DNA of 64,000 nucleotides from an uncultured Gemmatimonadales bacterium (GTDB lineage Bacteria; Gemmatimonadota; Gemmatimonadetes; Longimicrobiales; Gaopeijiaceae), in the NCBI GenBank assembly GCA_963809895.1, contig CAWELD010000003.1:96001-160000 (forward strand), read 5' to 3'. Under the pieces are notes generated by a model. The model saw only the letters and a list, made by a program, of their open reading frames with translations, was not told the origin of the DNA and made no database searches. Positions within the stretch are counted from its first letter, which is position 1, and each line of letters starts with the position of its first letter. Made by a program: the position numbers and the translations under genes. Below, one piece after another: positions 42,446-53,072 of this stretch.

Positions 42446-43885
42446 ATGAAGCGACCGACCTTGGGCATCTTGCTGCTGGCCGTGGCGGCCTGCGGCTCCG
42501 GAGAGTCCGCCGAAGCACCTGCGATCCAGACCGTCACTCCCACGCAGGGCGACCTGCGGATCACGGCGGAGGCGACGGGGACGGTGGAGCCGATCCGGCG
42601 GGTGGAAGTGAAGTCGAAGGCGTCGGGCGAGATCCTGAAGCTGCACGCGGACGTGGGCGACGAAGTCCAGCCGGGCACGCTGTTGGCAGAGGTGGATCCG
42701 CGCGACGTGCAGAACGCCTTCGACCAGGCGAACGCGGACCTGGGGGTGGCGAAGTCGCGGGCGGAGATCTCGAAGCAGCAGCTGGAGCGTCAGAAGGAGC
42801 TGCTGGCGGCGGGCGTGATCACGCAGCAGGAGCTGGAGTCGGCGACGCTGGACGAAGCCAACTCACAGGCGACACTGGTCAAGGCACAGACGAACTTCGA
42901 TCTGGCGCAGCTGCGCATGAACGACGTGACGATCCGGGCGCCGCTGGCGGGGACGATCCTGGAGCGGAACGTGGAGGAGGGGACGGTCATCCAGTCGGCG
43001 TCGCAGAACGTGAGCGGCGGCTCGGTGCTGTTCGTGATGGCCACGCTGGAAGCGATGCAGGTGCGCACGCTGGTGGACGAAACGGACATGGGCGAGTTGC
43101 GGGCAGGCATGCCCTCCACGGTGACGGTGGAGGCCTACCCGGACCGGACCTTCCAGGGTGCGGTGGAGAAGATCGAGCCCCAGGCCGAGGTGCAGCAGAA
43201 CGTGACCATGTTCCCGGTGATCGTGTCGCTGGACAACCGCAACGGGCTGCTGAAGCCGGGCATGAACGCCGAGGTGGAGATCCTCATCGATCAGGCCACC
43301 GACGTGATGCTCGTGCCCAACACCGCCATCGTGAACATGCAGGACGTGGGCCCGGCCGCCATGGCCCTGGGTCTCGATCCCGACAAGATCGACATGACGC
43401 AGTTCCAACGACGACGTCCGGGTGCGCGGGCGGGCGGCGATTCGGCCGCCGCGGGTGCGCCGGGCGCCAATCCGCGGCTCGATTCCCTGCGGGCCAAGGT
43501 CCAGAGCGGTGAGATCTCACAGGACTCGTTGCGCGCCGTCATGAGCAGCCTGCGCGGACAGCGTGGCCAGGGTGCCCCGGGCCAGCGCGGAGCCGGCGCG
43601 GGTGGCTTCGGCGCCAGGAATGGCGGTGCCATGGCCTCGGGCGCGGTGCCCACCATGGAGCCTCGGCCGGCCGCCGTCTTCGTCGTGAACGCCCAGGGGG
43701 TGCCGGAGCCGCGCATGGTCACCATCGGTCTCAACGACTGGGACAATACGCAGGTGGTGGCGGGCCTGAACGGCGACGAGCGGCTGGCGGTCATCGGAGC
43801 GGCACAGCTCCAGGCCCAGCAGCAGGAGTTCCTGAGCCGGATGCGCGAGCGCTCGGGGGGCAGCCCGTTCGGCGGACGGCGCTGA
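42446..43885 (+). CDS. Efflux periplasmic adaptor (MacA-like), lipoprotein
   Basis: Lipobox VAAC, VKSKASGEI, IRAPLAG, LKPGMNA. Start 42440 or 42446. Confidence 0.92.
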   Translation: MKRPTLGILLLAVAACGSGESAEAPAIQTVTPTQGDLRITAEATGTVEPIRRVEVKSKASGEILKLHADVGDEVQPGTLLAEVDPRDVQNAFDQANADLGVAKSRAEISKQQLERQKELLAAGVITQQELESATLDEANSQATLVKAQTNFDLAQLRMNDVTIRAPLAGTILERNVEEGTVIQSASQNVSGGSVLFVMATLEAMQVRTLVDETDMGELRAGMPSTVTVEAYPDRTFQGAVEKIEPQAEVQQNVTMFPVIVSLDNRNGLLKPGMNAEVEILIDQATDVMLVPNTAIVNMQDVGPAAMALGLDPDKIDMTQFQRRRPGARAGGDSAAAGAPGANPRLDSLRAKVQSGEISQDSLRAVMSSLRGQRGQGAPGQRGAGAGGFGARNGGAMASGAVPTMEPRPAAVFVVNAQGVPEPRMVTIGLNDWDNTQVVAGLNGDERLAVIGAAQLQAQQQEFLSRMRERSGGSPFGGRR

Positions 43886-43943
43886 GCCTTCGAACGGCAC
43901 CACATCGAGCGCAACCCTTCCCGCATCGACGACGGAGTTCCCC

Positions 43944-45161
<1,218 letters not shown>

Positions 45162-45167
45162 AGTGGA

Positions 45168-46286
45168 TCAGCGCGGCAGGACCAACTCCACGGGCTGGCC
45201 GCGCCGCACCACCTGAAGCGTGAGCGGCGGTCCGTTCTGGGCAAGGATGCCCCGGAAGGCGCCCACCGACGCCACGGGTTGCCCGGCGGCCGCGCGAATC
45301 ACGTCGCCCGGCTGAAGCCCCGCGCTGCGAGCGGGGGTGCCCTCCACCACCTCCACCACCAGAAGGCCGGCATCCACCCCGAAATACGCACCCATCCCGG
45401 GTGCGATGGGCGCGAGCTCGGCACCGGCCACACGATTGGCTCCTGCCAGGTACGGCGTGAGCGGTCGCCAGGTGGCTGAAGCCGACGCTTCGACCGACGG
45501 GTCGTCCCGGCTCTGCGAGCGGTTGGGAGCGTTGGCGCGCTGGAGCACCCCGCCCAGCGGGGGCAGGGCCTCCGAGTCGGCGGTCATCCCGCTCCAGTAG
45601 CGGAGGGTGATGGTTCCCCCAGCCCATCCGTCGGGCAGCCGCACCACGGACCCGTCGGGCTGTCTCAGCACCACGACCGTCGTGATGGAATCACCATCCA
45701 CGCGCTGGACGTGCACCTGGGGCGCGCTGGCGAAGACGGTCATGCTGTCGGCGGATCTCATGCGGGTGCGCAGGGAGTCCAGGCGCTGCATGAAGGCGAC
45801 GCGCACGGAGTCGAGTCGGACCTGTACGCCCAGGCGCCGCACATCGGCCCGGTCCGGGCCCGCGCTGGCCTTCAGCGCCAGGTCCACCATCCGCCCCGAG
45901 CGGAGCACCGTCAGGGCCAGGGGATCGCCGGCCCGCAACCGGGTGACCACGCTCCGGAACGTCGAGTAGGCAGCCGGCGATCCGTTCAACCGCACGATCA
46001 CGTCGCCAGGCCGGAGGCCGCCCTGATCCGCCGGTCCGCCGCCGTACAGATCGGTCACGAACAGGCGTACCCCGTCCACCGCCCCCGGAGTCTCCTCGGG
46101 CACGGCCTGGACCTGCAGCGTCAGCCCCAGCCATCCAGGGACCGCCGCCTCGGCGGGGGTCGCCGGCGAGCTCTGGGCGAGCAGCCCCGGCGTGACGGCG
46201 GGGAGCCCCGACGCGGTGGCGAGGGCGAGCAGGGCGACGAGACCCCTGCCGGCCTGGAGCGAGGCGGCACGTGCGCGACACGTCAT
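45168..46286 (-). CDS. Exported tandem-PDZ protein without a protease domain
   Basis: Signal peptide; GWLGL...GPADQGGLRPGDVI and GTPARSAGLQPGDVI. Confidence 0.85.
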   Translation of the reverse strand: MTCRARAASLQAGRGLVALLALATASGLPAVTPGLLAQSSPATPAEAAVPGWLGLTLQVQAVPEETPGAVDGVRLFVTDLYGGGPADQGGLRPGDVIVRLNGSPAAYSTFRSVVTRLRAGDPLALTVLRSGRMVDLALKASAGPDRADVRRLGVQVRLDSVRVAFMQRLDSLRTRMRSADSMTVFASAPQVHVQRVDGDSITTVVVLRQPDGSVVRLPDGWAGGTITLRYWSGMTADSEALPPLGGVLQRANAPNRSQSRDDPSVEASASATWRPLTPYLAGANRVAGAELAPIAPGMGAYFGVDAGLLVVEVVEGTPARSAGLQPGDVIRAAAGQPVASVGAFRGILAQNGPPLTLQVVRRGQPVELVLPR

Positions 46287-46296
46287 GGCGCGAGCC

Positions 46297-46983
46297 TCAG
46301 TACCAGTCCAGTCCCTGACTCGCCGACTTGGCCCATTCCTGGCGGGCCGCTTGCCGCTCCGCCAGGGTGGAGGCGAGCAGACCGTTCAGGAACGGATCGG
46401 CCGGTGCCTGCTGCATGGCGGCCTGGGTCGCGGCAACCAGGTACTCCAGCGCCGCGTAGCGCGCTTCGGGGTCGCCGATGGCCTCGTCTCCGTTCTCGGC
46501 GTCCAGCATCTGCCGATATCGGATGAGCGCGTCCATGTACTGACGTTCGGCCATGCGCACCACTTCGGCTGCTTCGTCGACCGACGAGGCGTCGGAGGCC
46601 TGGGCAAAGGGCGACGCTGGCGACCGGGAGCTCGAACCCAGCAGCGGCGCCGCCGGTCCGCGGGCCAGCGCCAGCCCGGTTCCCGTGCCGCCCACGAAGA
46701 GCACGATGGCGGCGGCGATCTTCATCCAGCCCGGCGTGTTGCCGATGGTCTCGAGGCGCGTGGCGCTACGCACGAGGCCCTCACTCACCAGATGGGCTTC
46801 CAGCGTTTCCCAGGCCCCTCGCGGGGGCCGCAGGTCTGCCAGGCCCCCCAGGGCGGCCGTCTGATCCTTCAGGGCCTCGAGCTCGGCGGCGCAGGCCGCG
46901 CACTCCGCCACATGCGTGGCTTCGTCCGCGGTCGCCTGCTCATCCACCAGCCGGGCCAGTGTTTCCGTGGTCAGATGCTCCAT
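46297..46983 (-). CDS. Zinc-finger (HxxxCxxC) anti-sigma factor with one TM helix
   Basis: HLTTETL...THVAECAAC; TM IAAAIVLFVGG; overlaps the sigma gene. Confidence 0.85.
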   Translation of the reverse strand: MEHLTTETLARLVDEQATADEATHVAECAACAAELEALKDQTAALGGLADLRPPRGAWETLEAHLVSEGLVRSATRLETIGNTPGWMKIAAAIVLFVGGTGTGLALARGPAAPLLGSSSRSPASPFAQASDASSVDEAAEVVRMAERQYMDALIRYRQMLDAENGDEAIGDPEARYAALEYLVAATQAAMQQAPADPFLNGLLASTLAERQAARQEWAKSASQGLDWY

Positions 46984-47537
46984 GCTTCCACTCCTGCTCC
47001 ATCTCCTGCGTCCTGCGTGGTGGCCGGGGTCAACAGATCGCGCATGCGGGCCCGGGCCTTGAAGAGCTGGGACTTGGACGTGCCCGAGGTGACCCCCAGG
47101 ACGTCGCCGATCTCCTCGTGGGTGTATCCTTCGACGTCATGCAGGATCAGCACCTGGCGCATGCCGTCGGGGAGGCGATCGAGCGCCCACTCCAGGCGCT
47201 GCTCCAACAGGGCGTCCCCACGGGCCGGCCCCACGGGGATGGTGTCCGGCATGGGCGCCTCCCGCTTCTGGCGGGTCTCCGCCTTTCGGAGCGCCTGCAG
47301 CGCCGAGTTCACCGCGATCCGGTGGAGCCAGGTGGAGAAGCGCGCGTCGCCGCGGAAGGACGGCAGGGCGCGGATGGCCCGGATCCACGCCTCCTGGGCG
47401 TAGTCCTGGGCCAGGTCGTCGTCTCCGGCGATCCGACGCACGACGGCGTAGACCCGGGGCGCGTACCGCTCGTAGAGCGCCCGCACGGCCTGCCCGTCGC
47501 CCAGACACGCCCGTCGAACGAGTTGTGTTTCACTCAC
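46971..47537 (-). CDS. ECF sigma-70 factor
   Basis: AQDYAQEAW, FSTWLHRIAVN, HDVEGYTHEEIG, GTSKSQLFKAR. Confidence 0.95.
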   Translation of the reverse strand: MSETQLVRRACLGDGQAVRALYERYAPRVYAVVRRIAGDDDLAQDYAQEAWIRAIRALPSFRGDARFSTWLHRIAVNSALQALRKAETRQKREAPMPDTIPVGPARGDALLEQRLEWALDRLPDGMRQVLILHDVEGYTHEEIGDVLGVTSGTSKSQLFKARARMRDLLTPATTQDAGDGAGVEAWSI

Positions 47538-47787
47538 CGCGTCATCGTCCCGAGCTCGAGTTGCGTGACGTCGTTCCTGAGATGCTTCGGGCGGCTTCGG
47601 GGGTTGCCCGGCTCGCCGGTTTGCCCCCGATCTACCACGCGAGCCCCCGACAGGTGCCCGTACCCCTCGCGGCGCGGAGGCTCACGACGCACTTTGAGGC
47701 CCGGCTCGCCGTCGCGCGAGCCTCGTCTTCCTTCAGAATCGAACCTGGCTGACTGTCATGCCTGCATCGTCTTCTCCGGCTCCGCGC

Positions 47788-48960
47788 ATGCCCGGAGCCT
47801 CGCATCTGGAGTGTACCGCCACCGGCGAGCGCTTCGAAAGCGAACGCCTCATGGGCCTGTCACCGGCCGGCAAGCCCCTGTTCGCCCGCTACGACCTCGA
47901 GGCCATCCGTGGCGCGTTTCGCCCCGATGTGCTCCCGGGCCGCTCGTCGGACATGTGGCGCTACGCCGAAGTGCTCCCGGTTCGCGACCCGGCCGCCCGG
48001 GTCTCGTTGGGCGAAGGGTGGACCCCCATGCTGGACGCGCCGCGCCTTGCGGACCGCGTCGGGGTGGGACGCCTGTGGGTGAAGGACGAGGGTCAGAATC
48101 CCACCGGTAGCTTCAAGGCCCGGGGTCTGGGGATGGCGGTGTCCCGGGCGGTCGAGCTGGGCGCCGAGGCCGTGGCCCTGCCATCGGCGGGCAACGCCGG
48201 TGGCGCCGCGGCAGCCTACGGAGCGGCCGCGGGCATCCCCGTGCACGTGGTGGTGCCGCAGGACACGCCCCGGCCCATCATCGAAGAGATTCGTGCCCTG
48301 GGGGCCGACCTCCAGCTCCTGGACGGGCTCATCACCGATTGTGGCCGGGTCGTGAAGAAGGGGGTGGAAGAGAAGGGGTGGTTCGACCTCTCCACCCTGA
48401 AGGAGCCGTACCGGGTGGAGGGAAAGAAGACCATGGGGTACGAGGTCTTCGAGCAGCTCGGGGGGCGTCTGCCCAGCGCCATCCTCTATCCCACCGGCGG
48501 TGGCACCGGCCTCATCGGCATGTGGAAGGCGTTCGACGAGATGGAGGAGCTGGGCTGGATCGGCTCGGAGCGGCCGCGCATGTACTCGGTCCAGGCCGAG
48601 GGATGTGCGCCCATGGTGCGCGCGTTCGAGGCCGGCGCGGACCACGCGACGCCCTGGGAGGGTGCGCACACCTACGCGTCGGGGCTGCGGGTCCCGGGGG
48701 CCGTGGGGGATTTCCTCATCCTGCGGGCGCTGCGTGAGTCCGGGGGTGGTGCGGTGGCGATCCCGGATCGCGCCATGGCCGAGTGGGTGGGTGTGCTGGG
48801 CGCCGCCACCGGGGTCTTCGCCGCGCCGGAAGGGGGAGCGGTGGCCGCCGCCGCCGCGCGCCTCCGGGAGCGCGGGGAGCTGGGCGACGACGACGAGGTG
48901 GTGCTCTTCAACACCGGAAGCGGCCTCAAGTACGTGGGGATGGAGCCCGAGGTCTCCTGA
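47788..48960 (+). CDS. thrC: Threonine synthase (PLP fold type II)
   Basis: SLGEGWTP, NPTGSFKARG, SAGNAG, EGKKTMG, NTGSGLKY. Confidence 0.88.
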   Translation: MPGASHLECTATGERFESERLMGLSPAGKPLFARYDLEAIRGAFRPDVLPGRSSDMWRYAEVLPVRDPAARVSLGEGWTPMLDAPRLADRVGVGRLWVKDEGQNPTGSFKARGLGMAVSRAVELGAEAVALPSAGNAGGAAAAYGAAAGIPVHVVVPQDTPRPIIEEIRALGADLQLLDGLITDCGRVVKKGVEEKGWFDLSTLKEPYRVEGKKTMGYEVFEQLGGRLPSAILYPTGGGTGLIGMWKAFDEMEELGWIGSERPRMYSVQAEGCAPMVRAFEAGADHATPWEGAHTYASGLRVPGAVGDFLILRALRESGGGAVAIPDRAMAEWVGVLGAATGVFAAPEGGAVAAAAARLRERGELGDDDEVVLFNTGSGLKYVGMEPEVS

Positions 48961-48984
48961 GGGCTCGCGTCGCCCGCACGCCGG

Positions 48985-49482
48985 TCAGCGGCTGAGCCAG
49001 CGGTAGGAGATCCCCGGGAGCGGGACCAGGCGACGATTGAGGGGCGTGTCGTCTTCCGGGTCGGTGCGGCGGACCCAGAGCGCCCGGTTGATGTTGAGGT
49101 CCATCGTCAGGTAGTGGTTGGTGCGCACCCGCCAGTCGGCGCCCACCGGCGCACGTACCACGAGGGCGAGGCCCGGCCGCTCGCCTTCGGGCGTGGCCAG
49201 GATCCCCCAGAGTCCGATCCCCACCACCGGGCGGAGCGCCGACACGCCGAAGTACTGGCGGCGCACCAGCGAGACGCTCAGGTCGCGAAAGGACCAGGTT
49301 CCCAGCGTCAGGTCCGTGCTGCCGTGGCCGTCCACGTACTCCACGACCAGCCCCACGGTGCTCACGCCTCCCAGCGACAGCCCCAGACGGACCGTGTTGG
49401 CTGCCTGGGCCCGCGCGTGAACGGGCGCCAGCGCCAGGGCGAGCGCCCCGGCCAACGCCAGGGTGGAGGTCGTAGCGCGCAT
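48985..49482 (-). CDS. Small exported beta-strand-rich (outer-membrane-like) protein
   Basis: Signal peptide ending ARAQA; abuts the TonB-dependent receptor stop (TGA-ATG). Confidence 0.7.
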   Translation of the reverse strand: MRATTSTLALAGALALALAPVHARAQAANTVRLGLSLGGVSTVGLVVEYVDGHGSTDLTLGTWSFRDLSVSLVRRQYFGVSALRPVVGIGLWGILATPEGERPGLALVVRAPVGADWRVRTNHYLTMDLNINRALWVRRTDPEDDTPLNRRLVPLPGISYRWLSR

Positions 49483-51549
49483 TCAGCCACCCCGGTCGAC
49501 GGTCAGCGACAGCCCCATGCGCAACTGACGTCCCGGTCCGGGCTCGAAGAACCTGCCGCCGAAAGCGTTGGGCACCACCGACGCGACCCACGATTCGCCG
49601 AACAGGTTGTCGAGGGCCACGAACGGCGACACGCCCAGGGCCCCGAGAGGGATCCCGTCGGCGCCGACGCGCACGCCGACCACGGTGTAGGCCGGCGCCT
49701 CCGTGGTGTTGGCGTCGTCCACCGGCATGGCATCGCTCCACACCAGGTCGGCACCGGCGAACCAGCGGCCCCTCGCGAAGCGCGCGTCGGCCTCGATCCG
49801 GTTCGGGGAACGGCCCGGAAGCCGGTCGCCGGGCTGGGCATCGCCGGCGGCCGAGCGGAAGCGGGCGTCCACCTTCGTGTAGGCCGCGCGGGCCGAGAAG
49901 CCGCCGGGCAGGACGGCCCTCAGCGTGGCTTCGACACCCTGGTGACGAGAGCGCCCGGCATTGCGGTAGAACGTCCGTCCGGGCGCCTGGGGGACCTCGA
50001 AGGGCACGAGCTCGTCGCGCAGGGTGGTCCGGAAGCCCACCAGCTCCCATCCCAGCCAGCCTCCGGCCTCGCCACGCAGCCCTCCCTCGAGCGTCCACCC
50101 CCGGGTCGGCTCGAGCTCGGCGTTGAAGCCGCCGGCTCCGTCGGGTCGGTTGGCCAGCTCGGTGGTGGTGGGCGTTTCCAGAAAGCTCGAGGTGGAGGCG
50201 AAGAGCGCCGCCTGCGCACCCAGGGGGACCAGGGCTCCCAGCGAGGGGCTCCACGCCGTCAACGTGCGCGCGCCCGAGTCGTCGGGATCCGAAGCCGTGT
50301 AGTGGTCGTCCACGGCGAACCGGACGCGGTCGTGGCGCAGCGCCGCCTGCAGCGACACCGGGCCCACGTCGCCACCCAGGTGCGCGTGTACGCCGAGCGC
50401 CCTCACGTTCTCTCGCTGATCCAGGGTCAGGGCGCCTTCCGTGCCCCCGTCGTTCTCGTGATTGGTACGGTCGTCGCGCATGGCCTCCAGGTCCACGCCG
50501 GCACCCCACTGGAACCTTCCGCGCCGTCCCGTGAGCGCCACCCGGGCGCCGCCCGCCAGACGGTCGACGCCGACGATGTCGCTGGGGATCGGATTCCTCA
50601 GGTCCCGCCGGATTCCCCAGCCCGCCACCTCGCCGTCGAGGGTAGCCAGTGGGCCCTTCCATGCCACACCCACCTGTCCCTGACGCACCGTCTTGCCCGC
50701 CCCTTGCCGCACGTTGAAGCCCCAGGCCGAGCGATCGGGGTCACCGAGGCTGTCCAGCGGTAGCGAGCCCGGGTTCTCGGCGTCCAGGTCGACCCCGGCC
50801 ACCGACACGTCCAGCCTGCCCCCGGCCAGGGCACGCCGGTGGTGGGCGTCCAGCGTCCAGCGGCTGGCCGCCCCGTAGGTGCCGCCGTTCACCGGATCGC
50901 TCCGGAAGCCGTCGTAATCCATGCGGCTCAGCGAGGCCAGCGTGCCCGAGCCGTCCGGGTGCCCGTCCTCGACCACCAATCCCCCCTCCACCAGCCCCGC
51001 GCTCCCTCCCACACCCCGCGCCGTCAGCCGCGGGCCTCCGGGAGCCGGATGACGGGTCTCCAGGAGGAGCACGCCGCCGGCTCCGTTGCCGTAGAGCGCC
51101 GATCCGGGTCCGCGGAGCAGTTGCACCCGTCCCAGGAGGGCGGGATCCAGGTGATCCAGGGTGCTCTGCCCGTCGGGGAGCGTCGCCGGGATGCCGTCGA
51201 CGAGCACCCGCAGGCCCCGGATCCCGAACTGGGCCCGGGCGCCGAACCCCCGCACGGCCACGCGCTCGCCCACGGCGAAATTGTAGCGGTTCTGGATCTG
51301 CAGACCTGGGATGGCGACCAGGGCATCGGAGAGGAAGACGCCGGTGCGTCCCTGCCGCAACGCCACCCCGTCGAGTCCCGATACCGCGAACGGCGTGCGT
51401 GCTCCCGCCAGCGAGGAGCGAAGTACCTCCACGGTGAGGGGTGGAATCTGCACCACGCTGTCGGGCGCCTGCGCGCCCAGCGCGTGCGTGGCGAGCAGCG
51501 CCAGGGCGGGCACGAGACTCGCGAACCGTAGCGAACGAAAGGGCTTCAT
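49483..51549 (-). CDS. TonB-dependent receptor (YncD-like)
   Basis: Plug motifs RGFGAR...VDGIPATLPDGQ and LRGPGSALYGNGAGGV; FFEPGPGR near the C-terminus. Confidence 0.93.
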   Translation of the reverse strand: MKPFRSLRFASLVPALALLATHALGAQAPDSVVQIPPLTVEVLRSSLAGARTPFAVSGLDGVALRQGRTGVFLSDALVAIPGLQIQNRYNFAVGERVAVRGFGARAQFGIRGLRVLVDGIPATLPDGQSTLDHLDPALLGRVQLLRGPGSALYGNGAGGVLLLETRHPAPGGPRLTARGVGGSAGLVEGGLVVEDGHPDGSGTLASLSRMDYDGFRSDPVNGGTYGAASRWTLDAHHRRALAGGRLDVSVAGVDLDAENPGSLPLDSLGDPDRSAWGFNVRQGAGKTVRQGQVGVAWKGPLATLDGEVAGWGIRRDLRNPIPSDIVGVDRLAGGARVALTGRRGRFQWGAGVDLEAMRDDRTNHENDGGTEGALTLDQRENVRALGVHAHLGGDVGPVSLQAALRHDRVRFAVDDHYTASDPDDSGARTLTAWSPSLGALVPLGAQAALFASTSSFLETPTTTELANRPDGAGGFNAELEPTRGWTLEGGLRGEAGGWLGWELVGFRTTLRDELVPFEVPQAPGRTFYRNAGRSRHQGVEATLRAVLPGGFSARAAYTKVDARFRSAAGDAQPGDRLPGRSPNRIEADARFARGRWFAGADLVWSDAMPVDDANTTEAPAYTVVGVRVGADGIPLGALGVSPFVALDNLFGESWVASVVPNAFGGRFFEPGPGRQLRMGLSLTVDRGG

Positions 51550-51716
51550 GGGCTCCGAGACGGGGTCGGGGCTGGGGGACTCGAAGACGTGCCCCGGGAC
51601 ACGAACGCCCAATGTATCGCCGCAGGAGCGCGCCTACACCCCCCGTGCGTGAGGCGAACGGGGCCGGTAGCTTCTGCAGCGCTCCGGATCGCCGCCCGAC
51701 TCGCCCGAGGATCGCC

Positions 51717-53060
51717 ATGTCCGCTGGACCGCCCGCACCGCTTTCTCCGGACGTGTTCCGACGTCGCCGGGACCAGGTGAGGCAACGGCTGGGCGACGGC
51801 GCCATGGTGCTTCCGGCGGCCCCGGTGCGGTACCGCTCGCGCGACACCGAATATCCCCATCGACCGGACAGCGAGCTGTACTGGGTCACCGGGGTCACCG
51901 AGCCCGACGCAGTGGCGGTGATCCGGGGACCCGAGGCGGAGCCGGGCTTCGTGCTCTTCGTCCGCGAGCGGGACGCCGAAGCCGAGCTGTGGGCGGGCCC
52001 GCGCCTGGGCCCGGACGCGGCGGCCGAACGCTTTGGAGCCGACGAGGCGTACCCCGTCTCGGAGCTGGCGGCTCGCCTGCCCGCGCTCCTGTCCGACGTG
52101 CCGGAGATCTGGTTCCGCCTGGGCCGACACCCCCGCGTGGAGACGGACGTGGTAGCGGCCCTGGCGCGGGCGCGGCTTCGTGGACCCCGCAAGGGAACGG
52201 GACCCCGCGCCGTCCGCGACCCGGGGTCGGTGCTGGACGACCTCCGTCTCCGGAAGGACGCCCGGGAGCTGGACCTCATGCGGCGGGCCGCCGACGTCAC
52301 CGTGGCGGCGTTCCGGGCCCTGGCGGCTCGCCTGCGCCCGGGGATCGGTGAGTGGGAGCTTCAGGGAGTCCTCGAGGGTGCGTTTCGAGCCGGCGGCGGG
52401 GAGGGATCCGCCTACGAGCCCATCGTCGCGTCGGGCGCCAACGCCTGCGTGCTCCACTACGTGGCCAACGACCGCCGCACGGAGAGCGACGAGCTGGTGC
52501 TGGTGGATGCCGGTGCGTCGCTGGGGCTCTACGCCGCGGACCTCACGCGAACGCTGCCGGTGTCGGGCCGATTCGGGCCGGATCAGGCGGCCCTGTACGA
52601 CATCGTGGAGTCGGCGCGGCACGCGGCCGTGGAGGCCGTCGCACCGGGGGCCACGGTCGCCGCCGTGCACGAGGCCGCCCTGCAGGTCATCGCCGAGGGA
52701 CTGGTGGCGCTGGATCTGGCGCCGGGCCCCCCGGAAGACGTGATTTCCACCGAGGCCTACAAGCCCTTCTTCCCGCACCAGACGTCACACTGGCTCGGAT
52801 TGGACGTCCACGACCCGGGGGACTACGCCCGGGACGGGGCGTCGCGTGTCCTGGAGCCCGGCATGGTGCTGACCGTGGAGCCGGGGATCTACGTGGGGCC
52901 GGGTGCGCTCGAAGCCGCCGGCGACGCGGCCCGACGCTTTCTGGGAACGGGCATCCGCGTGGAGGACGATGTGGTGGTCACCGAGGGCGGGCGGGAGATC
53001 CTCACCCGTGGGTTCCCTTCGGATCGTCGGAAGATCGAGGCGCTGCTCTCCGGGGAGTGA
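51717..53060 (+). CDS. pepP: Xaa-Pro aminopeptidase P
   Basis: RLRKDARE, ASGANACVLHY, DAGA...YAADLTRT, HQTSHWLGLDVHD, TVEPGIY, GIRVEDD. Confidence 0.93.
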   Translation: MSAGPPAPLSPDVFRRRRDQVRQRLGDGAMVLPAAPVRYRSRDTEYPHRPDSELYWVTGVTEPDAVAVIRGPEAEPGFVLFVRERDAEAELWAGPRLGPDAAAERFGADEAYPVSELAARLPALLSDVPEIWFRLGRHPRVETDVVAALARARLRGPRKGTGPRAVRDPGSVLDDLRLRKDARELDLMRRAADVTVAAFRALAARLRPGIGEWELQGVLEGAFRAGGGEGSAYEPIVASGANACVLHYVANDRRTESDELVLVDAGASLGLYAADLTRTLPVSGRFGPDQAALYDIVESARHAAVEAVAPGATVAAVHEAALQVIAEGLVALDLAPGPPEDVISTEAYKPFFPHQTSHWLGLDVHDPGDYARDGASRVLEPGMVLTVEPGIYVGPGALEAAGDAARRFLGTGIRVEDDVVVTEGGREILTRGFPSDRRKIEALLSGE

Positions 53061-53072
53061 CGCGGGCGCCGC

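Noticed and set aside
43911..43936. GCAAC before the permease gene as an ECF promoter
   Set aside because: The -10 position reads CGGA and is too close to the start codon.
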